Shown in pieces: positions 13,905 to 16,096 of a DNA stretch of 16,096 bases. The translations under genes were made by a program, and so were the position numbers. The stretch is from assembly GCA_048881705.1 (NCBI GenBank), contig JBHLSH010000083.1, positions 1 through 16,096 of the forward strand. The letters run 5' to 3'. How positions within the stretch are numbered: the stretch's first letter is position 1; each line of letters begins with the position of its first letter. Below the pieces are notes generated by a model. That model saw only the letters and a list, made by a program, of their open reading frames with translations. It had not been told where the DNA came from and did no database searches. Source of the stretch: Candidatus Heimdallarchaeota archaeon (GTDB lineage Archaea > Asgardarchaeota > Heimdallarchaeia > Hodarchaeales > Hodarchaeaceae).

Positions 13905-16096
13905 GTGACTTATCAAGGAAAACTAATACGAGTCCACCTAAAAGAAAAGAAAATCATAATAGAGCCTTTAAATATGGAATTTGCTCAACATTTCCTTGGA
14001 GGCCGGGGTTTGGGAGTCAAATTGCTATATGACGAACTCTTGCCGGGAATTGAACCTTTAGGCGAGAATAATAAGATAGCCCTGATGACAGGTCCAATGA
14101 CGGGGACAAACTCCATTACATCATCTAGATGGTCTATGGTTTTCAAAAGCCCCCTAACAGAGTACACACTTAACGATACCCATTGTGGGGGTAAATTGGG
14201 AATAGAATTAAAACGAGCTGGATTTGATGGCATTATAATAGAGGGGATCTCAGATGGACCGGTTTATCTAAAGGTAAAAGATGAAGAAGTTACCTTGGAA
14301 GATGCTTCGGAACTCTGGGGAAAACCGATTGATGAAACGGAGGCGATCCTAAGGTTTCGGCACCCTCAGCACTCGATTGCGGCAATTGGGCCTGCCGGGG
14401 AAAATCTAGTCCGATATGCGTGTGTAAAAAATGGACCCCGGACAGCTGGCCGTGGAGGGGTGGGAGCAGTCTGGGGTTCTAAAAAGCTGAAGGCAATCAT
14501 AGTTCATGGTACCAAACCAGTTACTATTGCAAATCCATTTGCCTACAGGCAAGCGAATAAGGAATTTGCTAAGGTCCTTAAAGGGCATCCTGTCACTGGT
14601 ACAGGCATGAGGCGTTATGGGACCTTAATCCTTGCCAACCTGGTTAATAAGCACGGTGCATTACCTGTTAAAAACTTTCAAGCGGGAGTATTTGAGGGTA
14701 TCAGAGAGGTCGCAGGAGAAACCGTTCGAGAATATCTCAAGAAAATTGAACCATGTCGTGCGTGTTCAATAGGCTGTGGACGTGTTAGTAGTTACGAGGG
14801 GGTAGAAACAGAGGGGCCAGAATTTGAAACCGTATGGGCATTCGGGCCTAATTGCCAGATTAGCAACTTAAAGCATATTTTTGAGGCCAATGAGCTCTGC
14901 AACACCCTTGGGTTGGATACAATCTCTACAGGGAACGCCATAGGATGGTACATGGAGTGTGGCGAAAGGGGCCTCGTTTCGAATGCGCCTCAGTTTGGAG
15001 ATGGAGAGAAACTTCTAGCTTTGGTTAGAAAGATTGCGTATCGCGAGGATGAGGGAAACCTATTGGCTGATGGGGTTCGGAAGGCTGCCCAAGAAATAGG
15101 GCACGATTCAGGAGACTTCGCTATACACGTCAAGGGCCTTGAGATGCCCGCGTATGATCCACGGGGGATCAGGGGAATGGCGCTAAGCTATGCTACCTCA
15201 ACAAGCGGGGCAACACACTTAAGGGCGTATACTATTATCCAAGAAGTACTGAGTCTCCCCCATTTTGTCGACCCATTTACAGATGACGGGAAAGCAGAAT
15301 TAGTCCGAAAAATGCAGGACATATTTGCCGTACTGGATTCTGCGGAATTTTGTAAATTTACAACAATGGCTACATTTTCTACGCTGGAATTAGAAATTGA
15401 TTTATTTGCCAGACTGCTGACAACGGCAACTGGTTTTTTTATTGACGTGAAGGAGTTTAAAAAGATAGGAGAACGAATTTATAATCTAGAGCGATTGTTT
15501 AATCTTAGAGAAGGATTAACTAGATTGGATGATTCATTACCTAAACGTTTCCTGGTTGAACCCCTAGATCAGGGCCCCGCCAAGGGTTTGTTAGCTGACA
15601 TTGATGCCCTGCTCTCTGAATATTATCGATTGCGAGGATGGGATGAGCTAGGTGTTCCCTCTGAACGAAAACTAGAGGAACTTTCGCTAAAGCCTCTCCG
15701 AACCGCTGCCAAGCTGCAGGTAGCTTTAGATCTGCGCGATACAGAAGAAGCCATCAAGATTGCCAAAAGAAGCGCATTGGGCGGAGTTGATTGGATTGAA
15801 GCTGGAACTCCTCTAATCAAAGCGGTAGGAATGGGTATAATCACGCAATTAAGGCAGTTATTCCCTCACAAGGTGATTGTAGCTGATCTAAAAACCATGG
15901 ATACGGGATTTCTCGAAACGGAAATGGCCGCTCTGGCTGGGGCGGATATAGTGTGCATCCTGGGAATTGCTCCAGATGAAACGCTTGAAGATGCCGTGGG
16001 TGCTGGAGAGAAGTTTGGCGTTAAGATTTTTGCAGATTTAATTGGAGTAAAAAATCCGATAGAGCGGGCAATTCAACTTGAAAAGATTGGAGTGGA
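13905..16096 (+). CDS. aor-hxlA: Fusion protein: aldehyde:ferredoxin oxidoreductase (W/Mo-bis-pterin AOR family, aa 1-595) + 3-hexulose-6-phosphate synthase (from aa 603; 3'-truncated by the window)
   Basis: Hand translation gives 730 codons with no stop from GTG 13905 (in-frame TAA at 13899). AOR motifs: GGRGLG, GRGGVGAVWGSKKLKA, CxxCxxxC (C284/287/291) plus C483, EGPEFET, LGLDTIS, HVKGLEMPAYDPRG, YYRLRGWD. After linker KPLRTAA, HPS motifs: KLQVALD, IEAGTPLIK, ADLKTMDTG, ADLIGV. Absent from the ORF track because it runs off the window. Confidence 0.92.
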   Translation, partial: MTYQGKLIRVHLKEKKIIIEPLNMEFAQHFLGGRGLGVKLLYDELLPGIEPLGENNKIALMTGPMTGTNSITSSRWSMVFKSPLTEYTLNDTHCGGKLGIELKRAGFDGIIIEGISDGPVYLKVKDEEVTLEDASELWGKPIDETEAILRFRHPQHSIAAIGPAGENLVRYACVKNGPRTAGRGGVGAVWGSKKLKAIIVHGTKPVTIANPFAYRQANKEFAKVLKGHPVTGTGMRRYGTLILANLVNKHGALPVKNFQAGVFEGIREVAGETVREYLKKIEPCRACSIGCGRVSSYEGVETEGPEFETVWAFGPNCQISNLKHIFEANELCNTLGLDTISTGNAIGWYMECGERGLVSNAPQFGDGEKLLALVRKIAYREDEGNLLADGVRKAAQEIGHDSGDFAIHVKGLEMPAYDPRGIRGMALSYATSTSGATHLRAYTIIQEVLSLPHFVDPFTDDGKAELVRKMQDIFAVLDSAEFCKFTTMATFSTLELEIDLFARLLTTATGFFIDVKEFKKIGERIYNLERLFNLREGLTRLDDSLPKRFLVEPLDQGPAKGLLADIDALLSEYYRLRGWDELGVPSERKLEELSLKPLRTAAKLQVALDLRDTEEAIKIAKRSALGGVDWIEAGTPLIKAVGMGIITQLRQLFPHKVIVADLKTMDTGFLETEMAALAGADIVCILGIAPDETLEDAVGAGEKFGVKIFADLIGVKNPIERAIQLEKIGV

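Noticed and set aside
15690-16096. HPS as a separate gene overlapping or following AOR
   Set aside because: Same frame with no intervening stop, and no start codon/RBS before KLQVALD. The first in-frame ATG lies downstream of conserved HPS motifs.

Overview
Archaeal chromosomal window (GGTGA/GAGGT-type RBSs, TTTAAATA/TTTATA boxes, W-type aldehyde oxidoreductase, HPS/PHI). An Asgard/Heimdallarchaeia-like origin is my inference from gene content, not proven. From left to right: two diverged copies of an unannotated micro-ORF pair (Lys-rich ~21-aa peptide plus basic-head/acidic-Trp-tail peptide, each pair followed by the same hairpin); ketopantoate reductase-family gene; small hypotheticals; SAM methyltransferase; a MacB/FtsX-type ABC system (one double-domain permease flanked by two different ATPases); EamA transporter; alpha-glucan phosphorylase; HhH-domain protein; an internally duplicated 6-phospho-3-hexuloisomerase; and a long ORF missing from the ORF track (13905 to window end) that fuses a complete aldehyde:ferredoxin oxidoreductase in frame to 3-hexulose-6-phosphate synthase. 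The two strongest leads are this AOR-HPS fusion with its tandem PHI (a candidate reverse-RuMP module with built-in formaldehyde oxidation) and the duplicated charge-complementary micropeptide cassette at 1-1030. All translations were done by hand; no database searches were run.
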